From NCBI RefSeq assembly GCF_003057965.1, contig NZ_CP020921.1, positions 62,001 through 126,000 on the forward strand: a stretch of 64,000 bases of DNA, read 5' to 3'. Position 1 is the first letter of the stretch. Every line of letters starts with the position of its first letter. Source of the stretch: Thermodesulfobium acidiphilum (GTDB lineage Bacteria > Thermodesulfobiota > Thermodesulfobiia > Thermodesulfobiales > Thermodesulfobiaceae). This document shows, piece by piece, positions 51,330-60,219 of the stretch. The notes beneath the pieces were generated by a model, which did not search any database, had not been told where the DNA came from, and saw only the letters and a list, made by a program, of their open reading frames with translations. A program made the position numbers and the translations under genes.

Positions 51330-52160
51330 ATGACGATAAAAAGAGCCTCTTCTTTAGGTTTTTGTTATGGGGTCAGGCTTGCTCACCAGAAGGTTCTGGA
51401 TGCGCTAAAGAAATATCAAAGAGTTAATACGCTTGGGCCACTAATACACAACGAGCGTGAAGTGGATAGACTTTCCCAATTGGGCGTTACTATAATAAAC
51501 TCCCTTGATGAGGTTAACGCTCCTGTGGTAGTATTAAGAACTCATGGAGTAAGACGAGACACTCTTGAGAGAGCCAGGAAACTGGGTATAGAAGTAATAG
51601 ACGCAACGTGTCCTCATGTGGCAAAGGCACAAAGTATTGCACATAAGTTCTATAATGAAGGGTATCGCGTAGTAATTTTAGGAGAAATTGAGCATCCTGA
51701 AGTGCAGTCGATTTTAAGCTATGCGCCGGATGCAACTGTAGTAAACGAAAATCTCGAAAAGTTTAGCTTTGACAAAAGAGTTGTGGAGAGGGTGGGATTA
51801 CTCTCCCAGACAACACAGCCAATTGAGAAGTTAAAGTTAATTGCATCAAGGATGGTGGAACTATCCCAGGAACTAGTGGTAGCGAATACAGTTTGTTTTG
51901 CTACCAGAAAAAGGCAGGAGGCGGCAAAGGAGTTAGCAGGTGAAGTCGAGGCTATGATCGTAATAGGTGGAAAAGCCAGTTCAAATACAAAAAAGTTGTT
52001 TTTAGCTCTGAGTTCATATAATATTGACGTATATCAGGTTGAGGGTGTTGCCGATCTGCCCGAAAGCGTGTCAAGATATAAGAGAATTGGAATTACTGCA
52101 GGGGCATCTACGCCTGAGTGGATTATTGAAGAGGTAGAAAGTAGGTTAAAGAGTTTATGA
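51330..52160 (+). CDS. ispH: 4-hydroxy-3-methylbut-2-enyl diphosphate reductase
   Basis: GFCYGV, DATCP, NTVCFAT, ITAGASTP. Confidence 0.95.
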   Translation: MTIKRASSLGFCYGVRLAHQKVLDALKKYQRVNTLGPLIHNEREVDRLSQLGVTIINSLDEVNAPVVVLRTHGVRRDTLERARKLGIEVIDATCPHVAKAQSIAHKFYNEGYRVVILGEIEHPEVQSILSYAPDATVVNENLEKFSFDKRVVERVGLLSQTTQPIEKLKLIASRMVELSQELVVANTVCFATRKRQEAAKELAGEVEAMIVIGGKASSNTKKLFLALSSYNIDVYQVEGVADLPESVSRYKRIGITAGASTPEWIIEEVESRLKSL

Positions 52161-53434
52161 AAAGACTTCCTGTTGTAGTTCTAGCGGGTAGGGCAAATGT
52201 AGGGAAGTCTACGCTTTTTAATAGATTGCTCAAACAAAGCTATTCAATGGTTTCATCTGTACCCGGAACTACGAGAGACTTTCATGAAGGCATTTTTAGA
52301 TATACCGATTCAACAGCTATAACTTTAGTGGATTTGCCAGGCGTTCTCGAAGGAGATTATTTTTCTGAACTTGCTTTCGAAAAGTCTAAAAAAATTATCG
52401 AAAAGTCTGATCTGATTGTTCAGATAGTAGAAGCAAAGGGCCTTACCAACGTGGACGAAGAGATAACTTTATATTTGAGAAAATTTAATAAACCCATGAT
52501 TCTTGCAATAAATAAATGCGAAGGGAAAGTTGATTTATCGGATTTTTATTTACTTGGGATTGAAGATATGGTAGAGATAAGTGCCTATCACGGCCTGAAT
52601 ATATATCAGCTTGAAGACTTAATATTTAGCAAATTAACAGGACAAAAATTCGAAGAGTCCAGCCCTATTGTATTTGGTATATTTGGTGCTCCGAACGTAG
52701 GAAAATCATCTCTTGCCAATGCAATTCTTGAGGAGGAGAGATTTATAGTTTCAAACTTTGCAGGCACAACAAGAGAAGTAGTAGCAAAACCATTTAGAAG
52801 ACTTGGTAAAAGCTGGCTTTTATTGGATAGCGCAGGCATAAAGAGAAGAAAGTCTTATGACAAAGAGCTCGATGGATTGAGCGTTTCAAGAAGTATATCT
52901 GCTATGAAGGCTCCTATGGGAATTCTTGTTATAGATGCAAGTCGTCTGGTTACTCATCAAGACAAAAGGATTGCCAGTTTGATGATCGAAAGAACTGGCG
53001 CTTCAATAATCTTTCTAAACAAAAAAGATCTTATTCCTCACTCTTCTCTTGGAGTCGTATATAATAACGTAAAAAGCGATCTAAAGTTTATGGACTCTCC
53101 TCTATTATTTGGGTCTGCTTTAACAGGAGAAAGCGTTCACCTTGTATTAGAAAATCTTAAAGATCTCTGGGAAAGGGCCATGACCTCTTATAGCAAAAAG
53201 GATATTTTAGAGGCAATACGGGAAGCAGTCTTAAGGAGGCCTATAACATTAGAGAACAAAACACTTGTAATAAGAAATGTTAGGTTTGAGTCAAAGTTTC
53301 CCCTGGAAATTCATATCAAATCAAACGTTCGTTCAGATCTTGTTCCAAAGTCATATTTAAGATATTTAACAAATACAGTAAAAAAAGAGCTTGGTATGAG
53401 AGGTATAAATTTGAGAATGGAATTCAAAGATTAA
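52157..53434 (+). CDS. der: Ribosome biogenesis GTPase Der
   Basis: Two G-domains (GRANVGKS, GAPNVGKS, GTTR) and a KH-like tail; precedes plsY. Confidence 0.9.
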   Translation: MKRLPVVVLAGRANVGKSTLFNRLLKQSYSMVSSVPGTTRDFHEGIFRYTDSTAITLVDLPGVLEGDYFSELAFEKSKKIIEKSDLIVQIVEAKGLTNVDEEITLYLRKFNKPMILAINKCEGKVDLSDFYLLGIEDMVEISAYHGLNIYQLEDLIFSKLTGQKFEESSPIVFGIFGAPNVGKSSLANAILEEERFIVSNFAGTTREVVAKPFRRLGKSWLLLDSAGIKRRKSYDKELDGLSVSRSISAMKAPMGILVIDASRLVTHQDKRIASLMIERTGASIIFLNKKDLIPHSSLGVVYNNVKSDLKFMDSPLLFGSALTGESVHLVLENLKDLWERAMTSYSKKDILEAIREAVLRRPITLENKTLVIRNVRFESKFPLEIHIKSNVRSDLVPKSYLRYLTNTVKKELGMRGINLRMEFKD

Positions 53435-53436
53435 AT

Positions 53437-54036
53437 ATGAGTCTTCAGAATTTTTTCCCCTATTTATTTTTTTTGATTATATCCTATATAATAGGAAGTC
53501 TGCCTTTTTCGCATTGGATAGCGCTTTCAAAGGGATGCGATCTTAGAAAAGTTGGAAGCGGCAATGTAGGCGCTACCAACGTATACAGGGTGCTTGGTTT
53601 AAGATATGCTATTTTTGCAGGACTTCTTGATGCTATGAAGGGATTTTTTCCGGTTTTCTTTGCAAGATTTGTTTTTTTCTCAAATTCTGAGATATTCGCT
53701 ATTTTAGTTGGATTTGCTGCAATGTTTGGGCATATAAGTTCACCCTTTATGAACTTTAAGGGAGGCAAAGGTGTAGCTACTGGTGCAGGGGCCTTTCTGG
53801 GCATTGATCCGGGAGCTTTAACTGTTGGTTTCATCGTATGGTTTATAACCTTAAAGAGAACAAAAATAATGTCTCTTGCATCTATATTTGGTGCAACAAG
53901 TGTGTTAATATATGAGATATTGATAGGCTTTATATATCTGAAAGTCGTGTCTTTGATTGCCTTTTTGGTAATACTATATAGACACAGGGATAACATCAAA
54001 AGATTACTAAGAGGTGAGGAGTTAAGGCTGAAGTGA
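53437..54036 (+). CDS. plsY: Glycerol-3-phosphate acyltransferase PlsY
   Basis: GSGNVGATN, FKGGKGVATG, RHRDNIKRL. Confidence 0.95.
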   Translation: MSLQNFFPYLFFLIISYIIGSLPFSHWIALSKGCDLRKVGSGNVGATNVYRVLGLRYAIFAGLLDAMKGFFPVFFARFVFFSNSEIFAILVGFAAMFGHISSPFMNFKGGKGVATGAGAFLGIDPGALTVGFIVWFITLKRTKIMSLASIFGATSVLIYEILIGFIYLKVVSLIAFLVILYRHRDNIKRLLRGEELRLK

Positions 54037-55016
54037 TAGGTGTTATAGGTGCGGGAACGTGGGGAACTTCCTTTTCTACGGTAATTGCAAATAGAAGTGA
54101 CGTGATGTTGTTCGCAAGAGACGAAGAGGTTGTCAATAGTATAAACTCTCTTCATGAAAACTTAAAGTATCTAAAGGGTATTAAGCTACCCCTAAACGTT
54201 TTTGCAACTAGTGATAGAAAATTAATTTCTAAAATCGAAGATGTGGTCTTTTCTGTTCCTGTTCAATCTATAAGACAGGTAATAGATGACTTCAGGCCAT
54301 TTTTTAAAGAGTCTGTTAGAATTTTAAATCTTGGCAAGGGTATAGAAATAAGTACGTTAAAAAGGGTTTCTGAAATATTTAAGGAGCTCTTGCCTACCTC
54401 AAGGTATTCGGTCCTTTCAGGCCCGAATTTTGCTAGAGAAGTGGCTCTAAAGGAATTTTGTGCGACTGTTGTAGCATCAGAGCATGAAGATGAAAGCGAA
54501 TATTGGCAAAAACTATTGATCTATCCATACTTTAGAGTGTATACTACAGATGATGTGGTGGGAGTTGAGATTTCGGGAGGATTGAAAAACGTGATTGCTA
54601 TAGCTGCAGGAGTTGTTAAAGGTTTAAAATACGGCGATAATTCAAAAGCTGCTCTCATAACCAGGGGGTTAGCTGAGATTACAAGACTTGGTTTGAAACT
54701 GGGGGCAAGACAGGAGACTTTTTTTGGACTCTCTGGAGTTGGCGATCTCTTGTTAAGTTGCACCTCTTTTCAAAGTAGGAATTTTAGAGCTGGTGTGCTT
54801 CTTGCTGAGGGCTACTCTTTGGATGATATAAAGAAAAGGCTGGGCAGCATTATAGAGGGCATTTATACGTCTGAAGCAGCTTTTAAGTTATCTAAAAAAT
54901 TAGGAGTTGATATGCCAATTGCTCAACAAGTTTTTGCAATTATAAATAAAGAAGCTTCTATAAAAGATGCAATTGATTTACTCACTTCTCGAAAGCCACT
55001 AAAAGAATTCTACTAA
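54033..55016 (+). CDS. gpsA: NAD(P)H-dependent glycerol-3-phosphate dehydrogenase
   Basis: GAGTWGT, SGPNFAREV, GGLKNVIAIAAG, GDL..SRN. Confidence 0.95.
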   Translation: MIGVIGAGTWGTSFSTVIANRSDVMLFARDEEVVNSINSLHENLKYLKGIKLPLNVFATSDRKLISKIEDVVFSVPVQSIRQVIDDFRPFFKESVRILNLGKGIEISTLKRVSEIFKELLPTSRYSVLSGPNFAREVALKEFCATVVASEHEDESEYWQKLLIYPYFRVYTTDDVVGVEISGGLKNVIAIAAGVVKGLKYGDNSKAALITRGLAEITRLGLKLGARQETFFGLSGVGDLLLSCTSFQSRNFRAGVLLAEGYSLDDIKKRLGSIIEGIYTSEAAFKLSKKLGVDMPIAQQVFAIINKEASIKDAIDLLTSRKPLKEFY

Positions 55017-55028
55017 ATTTGAAAGGAG

Positions 55029-55358
55029 GTGAATTTTTTGAGGAAAACAGATCTTATCAATGCAGTTGCTGAAAAATGTAAGGGTATGACTAAAAAGGAT
55101 TGCACAGGTGTTGTGGAAGCCGTTTTTGACTCTATTAAGGATGCTCTTAAGAGGAACGAGAAAGTTCAGTTAATTGGTTTTGGCACCTTTGAAGTCAGAG
55201 AAAGAAAAGAGCGAAAGGGCAGGAACCCAAGGAGCAAGGAAGAAATAATTATTCCTGCCATGAAGACTCCAGGCTTTAAGGCTGGGAAGGCTTTGAAGGA
55301 AGCTGTTCAACCAAAAAAAACTGAAAAAAAGTCTGTTAAGGGCGCAAAGAAAAAATAG
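55029..55358 (+). CDS. hup: HU DNA-binding protein with Lys-rich tail (likely start TTG 55038)
   Basis: [20 protein letters not shown]...FKAGKALK. Confidence 0.93.
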   Translation: MNFLRKTDLINAVAEKCKGMTKKDCTGVVEAVFDSIKDALKRNEKVQLIGFGTFEVRERKERKGRNPRSKEEIIIPAMKTPGFKAGKALKEAVQPKKTEKKSVKGAKKK

Positions 55359-55368
55359 ATATTTGAAA

Positions 55369-55407
55369 AGAAGGAAAAGGAGAGAAAAAAAACTTTCCTT
55401 TTCCTTC
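55369..55407. terminator. Stem-loop after the HU gene
   Basis: AGAAGGAAAAGGAGAG pairs with CTTTCCTTTTCCTTCT. Confidence 0.6.
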
Positions 55408-55463
55408 TAAGTTTGTATTGCCTTTATTGCACAAAATTATTCCTTTTGTTATTATTCATAAAT

Positions 55464-55712
55464 ATGACTATCTTTAAAAGAAAAGAAGAAAAGATCTGTT
55501 ATAGATGTAATACTAAAAATCCACCTGATGCATTTTTTTGCAGGAATTGTGGTGTGCCCCTGACGAGAGATGTCCTTCTTCAGAATTCTACAAAAAAGTT
55601 GAGACTAAAAAAGAGCTCTATGACAACGACATATATCTTATTTCTTGTAGTTGCGCTGATAATTGGTCTTGTTGTAGGTTTGGTTTCTTCTTTTAGTGTA
55701 TTTAAAAAGTAG
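55464..55712 (+). CDS. Zinc-ribbon protein with C-terminal TM helix
   Basis: CYRC..N...AFFCRNCG motif and hydrophobic C-terminus. Confidence 0.7.
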   Translation: MTIFKRKEEKICYRCNTKNPPDAFFCRNCGVPLTRDVLLQNSTKKLRLKKSSMTTTYILFLVVALIIGLVVGLVSSFSVFKK

Positions 55713-55756
55713 CTACTTAGTGAAATCTTTTATCATTTCATAAAAAAAAGTGCATA

Positions 55757-57298
55757 TTAAATTAGCTTTATATCTATTTCTATATTTGCCTCAAAGGTTC
55801 TTGCCCATGGAAGAGAAAATCTTACATCCGTAATGTCAAATTTTATTGGGCTGAATATCCTAATCTCTTCTGAAATTCCGGGGAAGTACTGGAAGAATAT
55901 GTTCTTTGCTATTTCAATACTTTCCTCTGTCATCTTGAAGTTGGATTGGTTGTTTTGGATTAATATGTTGTTTATCTGTGGCCTTATTACGTTTTGATAG
56001 TAATAGTCATAAATTATTCTCTCTATCAGAAATCTAAAATTTTCTTTAAAGTTTCTGCCAGAAAGGTAACTAACTGCTTGAGAAAGAGCGCATCCAGTAG
56101 TATTTGCCGCTGTATTCCAGCCTGCGTAAGCTATAAGCCTAAATATTAGACCACTTGTGAGCAAAAGTTTAAACATGTTTTTATCCGTCATGTTCATGTT
56201 TGACACGTCTGCAAAAGCCACATTTTTTTTGTTGTTAACAAGATATTTTACCTTCTCAAAAGCTGTTCTTTTATCTTCATCTTTGCCAAAGACTACCATA
56301 TAAAAGTCTGGCTCGTTGATCTTTAGTTTAAGGTTTAAAAGGTTTATCTGCGATAAAAGGTTTTTCCCAAGAGCTACCGTTTCAAGTGGCATCACCTCTT
56401 CTTCTATATCTTCTGGGATAAAAATGGTTTTCAAGCTTATGTCTTTATTCTTTCCAAACCTTGTTACAAGAATCATACCTATCTCATCAGAACCCTGTAC
56501 TATCTTGGTATTTTTTGTAGCGATCATACTCAGCCTCTTTTTCTCTTCGTATGCTATACCCCTATCAGCCGAGTCATCCTGGGCAAGTACCAGAAGATCC
56601 ACTTTCTCAGAATTTTTTATTAACATCCTATCTACAAAATAATTAATCTTTCTTGAAGTTATATAATCTTTCAATATGTCTGGGGGAACGTAAGTCAAAA
56701 GAAGTTCTCTTTCATAGAAATTTACAGGATTTTTAATATCTTCATCTGAAAACTTCATTATTTCTTCTATCTTTGTAGCATAGAAGAGTTCTTTTTCATC
56801 TAAAACGGTAGGCATCAGCCTCATGAGAGATTTAAATAGATATACTTTGTCAAATATGTTTGAACTCTTTAGGCTAAGGAGCCTTTTTGTGTACCATATG
56901 GCATCATCCTGTGTCATCTGGGTCTCTCTTGAAGGGACTAGGCCTCCGAATATCATTGAGTCAGCGCTAATTATAGCACAATCTGCCCAATTTTCTACTA
57001 AAAATGCCAGTATTTTCTGACTAGAAGCCTTTTTTCTTCTTTCGGAAAGCATATCTTCTGGGGGAATAAGTAACTTTATTCCTAAAATATCTGCCAATCT
57101 TTTCGGATAGATAAAGTTTGGCGGCCTGTTGTCCAGAGGTACATAACATGCACTTCTTGATGAAGCTATGCTAAAATCACTAAAATATATCTTGTTTATA
57201 AGAGGTGATATTATAAGTATCTTTAGTAAATCCCTTCTAGAAAGAGAGGATTTCGAAAGAATTCTCTTTATAACACTGTCTTCTCTTGGGGATACCAT
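55757..57298 (-). CDS. DUF4127 family protein with Tat-like N-terminus
   Basis: YVPLDNRP, DSMIFGGLVPSR, QDD, GSDE and YAGWNTAANT motifs; SRRDLLK. Confidence 0.8.
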   Translation of the reverse strand: MVSPREDSVIKRILSKSSLSRRDLLKILIISPLINKIYFSDFSIASSRSACYVPLDNRPPNFIYPKRLADILGIKLLIPPEDMLSERRKKASSQKILAFLVENWADCAIISADSMIFGGLVPSRETQMTQDDAIWYTKRLLSLKSSNIFDKVYLFKSLMRLMPTVLDEKELFYATKIEEIMKFSDEDIKNPVNFYERELLLTYVPPDILKDYITSRKINYFVDRMLIKNSEKVDLLVLAQDDSADRGIAYEEKKRLSMIATKNTKIVQGSDEIGMILVTRFGKNKDISLKTIFIPEDIEEEVMPLETVALGKNLLSQINLLNLKLKINEPDFYMVVFGKDEDKRTAFEKVKYLVNNKKNVAFADVSNMNMTDKNMFKLLLTSGLIFRLIAYAGWNTAANTTGCALSQAVSYLSGRNFKENFRFLIERIIYDYYYQNVIRPQINNILIQNNQSNFKMTEESIEIAKNIFFQYFPGISEEIRIFSPIKFDITDVRFSLPWARTFEANIEIDIKLI

Positions 57299-58199
57299 AA
57301 TGACTCTACCTGTCTTTTTTGAGCTTGAAAATCTCTTTCCAAAAGCTCAATTTGATATCCTAGTAGGCGAAAGGTCAAAGGAAATATTTTTAACCCTGCC
57401 AAACGTAGACGAAGTCTTTTTGTATACATCTGAAAACAGAGGCATAAAGGGTAAGATCCCTTTAATAAAGGATATTTCAAAAAAAAAATACGATCTTGTC
57501 ATAGACCTCAGACACTCCATTCTGCCAATATTTGTGCGTTCCAAACAAAAAATATTCACAACCTTTAAGCCAAAAATCCCTGGAATTCATGCAACCGAAG
57601 AACATCTAAGAAATATCTTTCACAAAGATGCCGAAAACTTTAAATTCGATTACTCTGATAAGATTATAATTAACAATAAGACTATTATCAAGTTTGGTGA
57701 TGTTCTTGACAGGATATTGGGTTCGGTTGGCATCGTGCCGGGCGCTACGTGGCAGCCTAAGGCATACAGAATTGATGGTTTTGTGGAGGCTTCAAAGATG
57801 TTGAGAAATAAAGGCTTAAATCTGGTTTTGCTCGGGTCAAGCGATGAAGTAGGCCTTTGTGATGAGATCTCGAAAGAGGTGGAATCGCTTAATCTTTGCG
57901 GAAAGACGAGCCTGATGGACTTGTTCTATATTATAAAAAATCTCTCAGCTCTTGTTACTAATGATTCAGGACCTATGCACATAGCATCTTTGCTAAATAT
58001 TCCTACAGTTGCGCTCTTTGGGCCTTCTGACGAGAGAAGATATAGACCCTGGGGCAAAAGGTATAAGGTATTGATGCACAAAGAGATTTGCAGAGAGTGT
58101 CTTTATCAAGGGTGCGATAAAGGTGGAAAGTGTATGAACTTGATTACTCCTGATGAAATAGTTGATGCCACTATAAATCTTATTGGAGCTTTAATTTAA
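57168..58199 (+). CDS. GT9 glycosyltransferase (LPS heptosyltransferase-like)
   Basis: RILFITLSSLGD, YDLVIDL, NLCGKTSL, NDSGPMHIA..PTVALFGP. Confidence 0.9.
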   Translation: MLKSLKYILFIRGDIISIFSKSLLEREDFERILFITLSSLGDTIMTLPVFFELENLFPKAQFDILVGERSKEIFLTLPNVDEVFLYTSENRGIKGKIPLIKDISKKKYDLVIDLRHSILPIFVRSKQKIFTTFKPKIPGIHATEEHLRNIFHKDAENFKFDYSDKIIINNKTIIKFGDVLDRILGSVGIVPGATWQPKAYRIDGFVEASKMLRNKGLNLVLLGSSDEVGLCDEISKEVESLNLCGKTSLMDLFYIIKNLSALVTNDSGPMHIASLLNIPTVALFGPSDERRYRPWGKRYKVLMHKEICRECLYQGCDKGGKCMNLITPDEIVDATINLIGALI

Positions 58200-58200
58200 T

Positions 58201-58273
58201 GATTAAAATAATGTTAATGTAAGGTTAAAATGATTTTATCTACTTGACAGAATTTTCTAATCTAGAGTAAATT
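58201..58273 (+). promoter_or_regulatory. ompM promoter with upstream 11-bp-period direct repeats
   Basis: GATTAA/TGTTAA/GGTTAA at 58201/58212/58223; TTGACA at 58244; TAAATT at 58268. Confidence 0.55.
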
Positions 58274-58495
58274 ACTATAAGCTAATTATAGTTTTTCAAC
58301 TTTGACAACTAAATAGCGTTTCGCTTCTCCCAAAGCTTTGAAAGGCTTTTTTAAAAGCCTTCAAAGAGCCTTTTACAGATGATTTCAATCTGCGAAAGAA
58401 GGAGGTGAAATCCCCCGAAAGCAAGAAATGATTCTGTAAAGAGGCTAATATATGAAACAAAAAAACTAAACTTTCCTAAAGGGGGATTTTGAAAG
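58274..58495 (+). ncRNA. Structured 5' leader of ompM (candidate cis-regulatory RNA)
   Basis: Hairpin plus boxA-like sequence, two long stems, decoy SD and anti-SD (see findings). Confidence 0.55.
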
Positions 58496-60073
58496 ATGAA
58501 AAAATTCGCTATGTTTTTTGTAGTAGCATCTCTTCTCGTTGCCCTTGCAGTTCCCGCTATGGCAGGACCATTCTCAGATGTACCAGCTAATTCTTGGGCA
58601 TACAAGGCAGTGCAAGATTTAGCAGCAAAGGGATTGGTCATTGGTTATGGCGATGGAACATTTAGAGGCGACAGACTTGCCACCCGTTATGAGATGGCAA
58701 TGGTAGTTGCAAGAATGCTTGATATGTATGAAAAGGGTCAAAACGCACAGGATCAAAAGATAGAGCTTAACGCTAACGACATCGCAACGCTTATGAAGTT
58801 AGCAGAAGAGTTTAAGTCAGAACTCGCATCTTTAAACGTCAGAGTTGCAGCGCTCGAGAAAAAGGCAGCTCTTGACACTGTGAACTTCACAGGAGACGCA
58901 AGATTTAGACTCGCAAGCGATAAGAGAACGTTTTCAGCGCTTTTACCAGGAACTATAGTTGCACCTGCGATAACAAATAACATTCCAGGTGGAATTGGTG
59001 GACAGGTTTTTTCGGTTGCAGGGACTCCTATTCCTGACAAGAAAGATGATACCTTTATGCGTTACAGAATCAGACTAAACGTTGCAGCACCGGTTGCAGA
59101 CAATATATCTTTTAATGGCAGACTTACTATGCAGAAAAATGCAGGAGTCAACGGCAATGGAGATAACTCAAATCCTATTACAGCAGCAAACACGGGTTAC
59201 AACAACAACCAGAATACTCTATTTGTAGAAAGGGCATATATCACATGGACTCTTAACCCATATCCTGTAACGTTTGTCCTCGGCAGACTTCCTACCCTGG
59301 ATACAGGCAGATATTATAACGTTTTCTTCCTTGATGCATCAGTTGAAGGCGGCCTTGTAGTATTTGACCTTAGCAATATGCTTCCATCAACATCAGTTTC
59401 AGCAGCATGGGCAAAGCTCTTTGACGCAGGCTTGGTTACCTCTTCGCAAGAGGCAAATGGCTTCAAAGACAAGGATGTATACATTCTAAATTTGAAGACA
59501 AAGCTCTTTAATACCTTTGGCTTAGAGGCAGACTACGGTTATGCAGATAAGCTAACATATTTTGGCGGCCTTAGTAATAATACTTCTGGCTATACTTCAG
59601 GCGCAAACGGCATTTATGGCAAGTATGATTGGTGGGCAGTCATAGGTAACTGGACTATGTATAACATAAATATGTGGGCAGGTTACAATGGCACATCTAC
59701 AGATATGCCAGCACAAACCGCCACAGGTCCAAGCCTTACAAGTTTACACTCTGTTAATGGCGGCGCATGGAGAGTTGGAGCTACCATTCCTCTTCCAGTT
59801 GGCGCACTTACAGGAGACTTCTGGTTTGGCGACAACAAGTGGTTTAACCCATTCATACTTAACACAATGGTTACTACAGAGTATAAGGACTACTACAACG
59901 TATACTACACGCTCCCGGTCGCAAAGAACGCATCTCTTACCCTTAACTATGACTACTGGAAGGGCAAGAAGCCATATGCAACTGATTCTATTAACGGCTA
60001 TTACTATACCTTTAACCCAGATCAGATTGACAAGGATCAAAGATACTACATCCAGATGGACGTAAAGTTCTAA
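58496..60073 (+). CDS. OmpM-type SLH-domain outer-membrane beta-barrel protein
   Basis: Signal peptide, FSDVPANSWAY..GYGDGTFRG..TRYEMA SLH domain, coiled coil, barrel (GDARFR..RYRIRL) and C-terminal Phe. Confidence 0.88.
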   Translation: MKKFAMFFVVASLLVALAVPAMAGPFSDVPANSWAYKAVQDLAAKGLVIGYGDGTFRGDRLATRYEMAMVVARMLDMYEKGQNAQDQKIELNANDIATLMKLAEEFKSELASLNVRVAALEKKAALDTVNFTGDARFRLASDKRTFSALLPGTIVAPAITNNIPGGIGGQVFSVAGTPIPDKKDDTFMRYRIRLNVAAPVADNISFNGRLTMQKNAGVNGNGDNSNPITAANTGYNNNQNTLFVERAYITWTLNPYPVTFVLGRLPTLDTGRYYNVFFLDASVEGGLVVFDLSNMLPSTSVSAAWAKLFDAGLVTSSQEANGFKDKDVYILNLKTKLFNTFGLEADYGYADKLTYFGGLSNNTSGYTSGANGIYGKYDWWAVIGNWTMYNINMWAGYNGTSTDMPAQTATGPSLTSLHSVNGGAWRVGATIPLPVGALTGDFWFGDNKWFNPFILNTMVTTEYKDYYNVYYTLPVAKNASLTLNYDYWKGKKPYATDSINGYYYTFNPDQIDKDQRYYIQMDVKF

Positions 60074-60086
60074 AAAAGCTTTTTTT

Positions 60087-60112
60087 AACCCCCGAGAAAT
60101 CGGGGGTTTTTT
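60087..60112 (+). terminator. Rho-independent terminator of ompM
   Basis: AACCCCCGA-GAAA-TCGGGGGTT followed by a T-run. Confidence 0.9.
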
Positions 60113-60219
60113 ATTGATTATTGATAAGTAAAAGTATTTTTATCTTATAATTTTCTTATAGTTTTTGCCTCTTCACTAAATTGTTTCTTTTGTGATAACA
60201 TAAGTAAACTTATTTAAAA

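Noticed and set aside
53484-54155. 223-aa antisense ORF over plsY/gpsA, and the other short antisense or out-of-frame ORFs in the track (e.g. 1579-2088, 8600-8983, 31983-32360, 59688-60065)
   Set aside because: Shadows of well-supported genes, with no recognisable motifs.
58391-58423. Known riboswitch (c-di-GMP-I or similar) in the ompM leader
   Set aside because: GAAA loops are present but the consensus elements I know are missing; reported as an unnamed structure instead.
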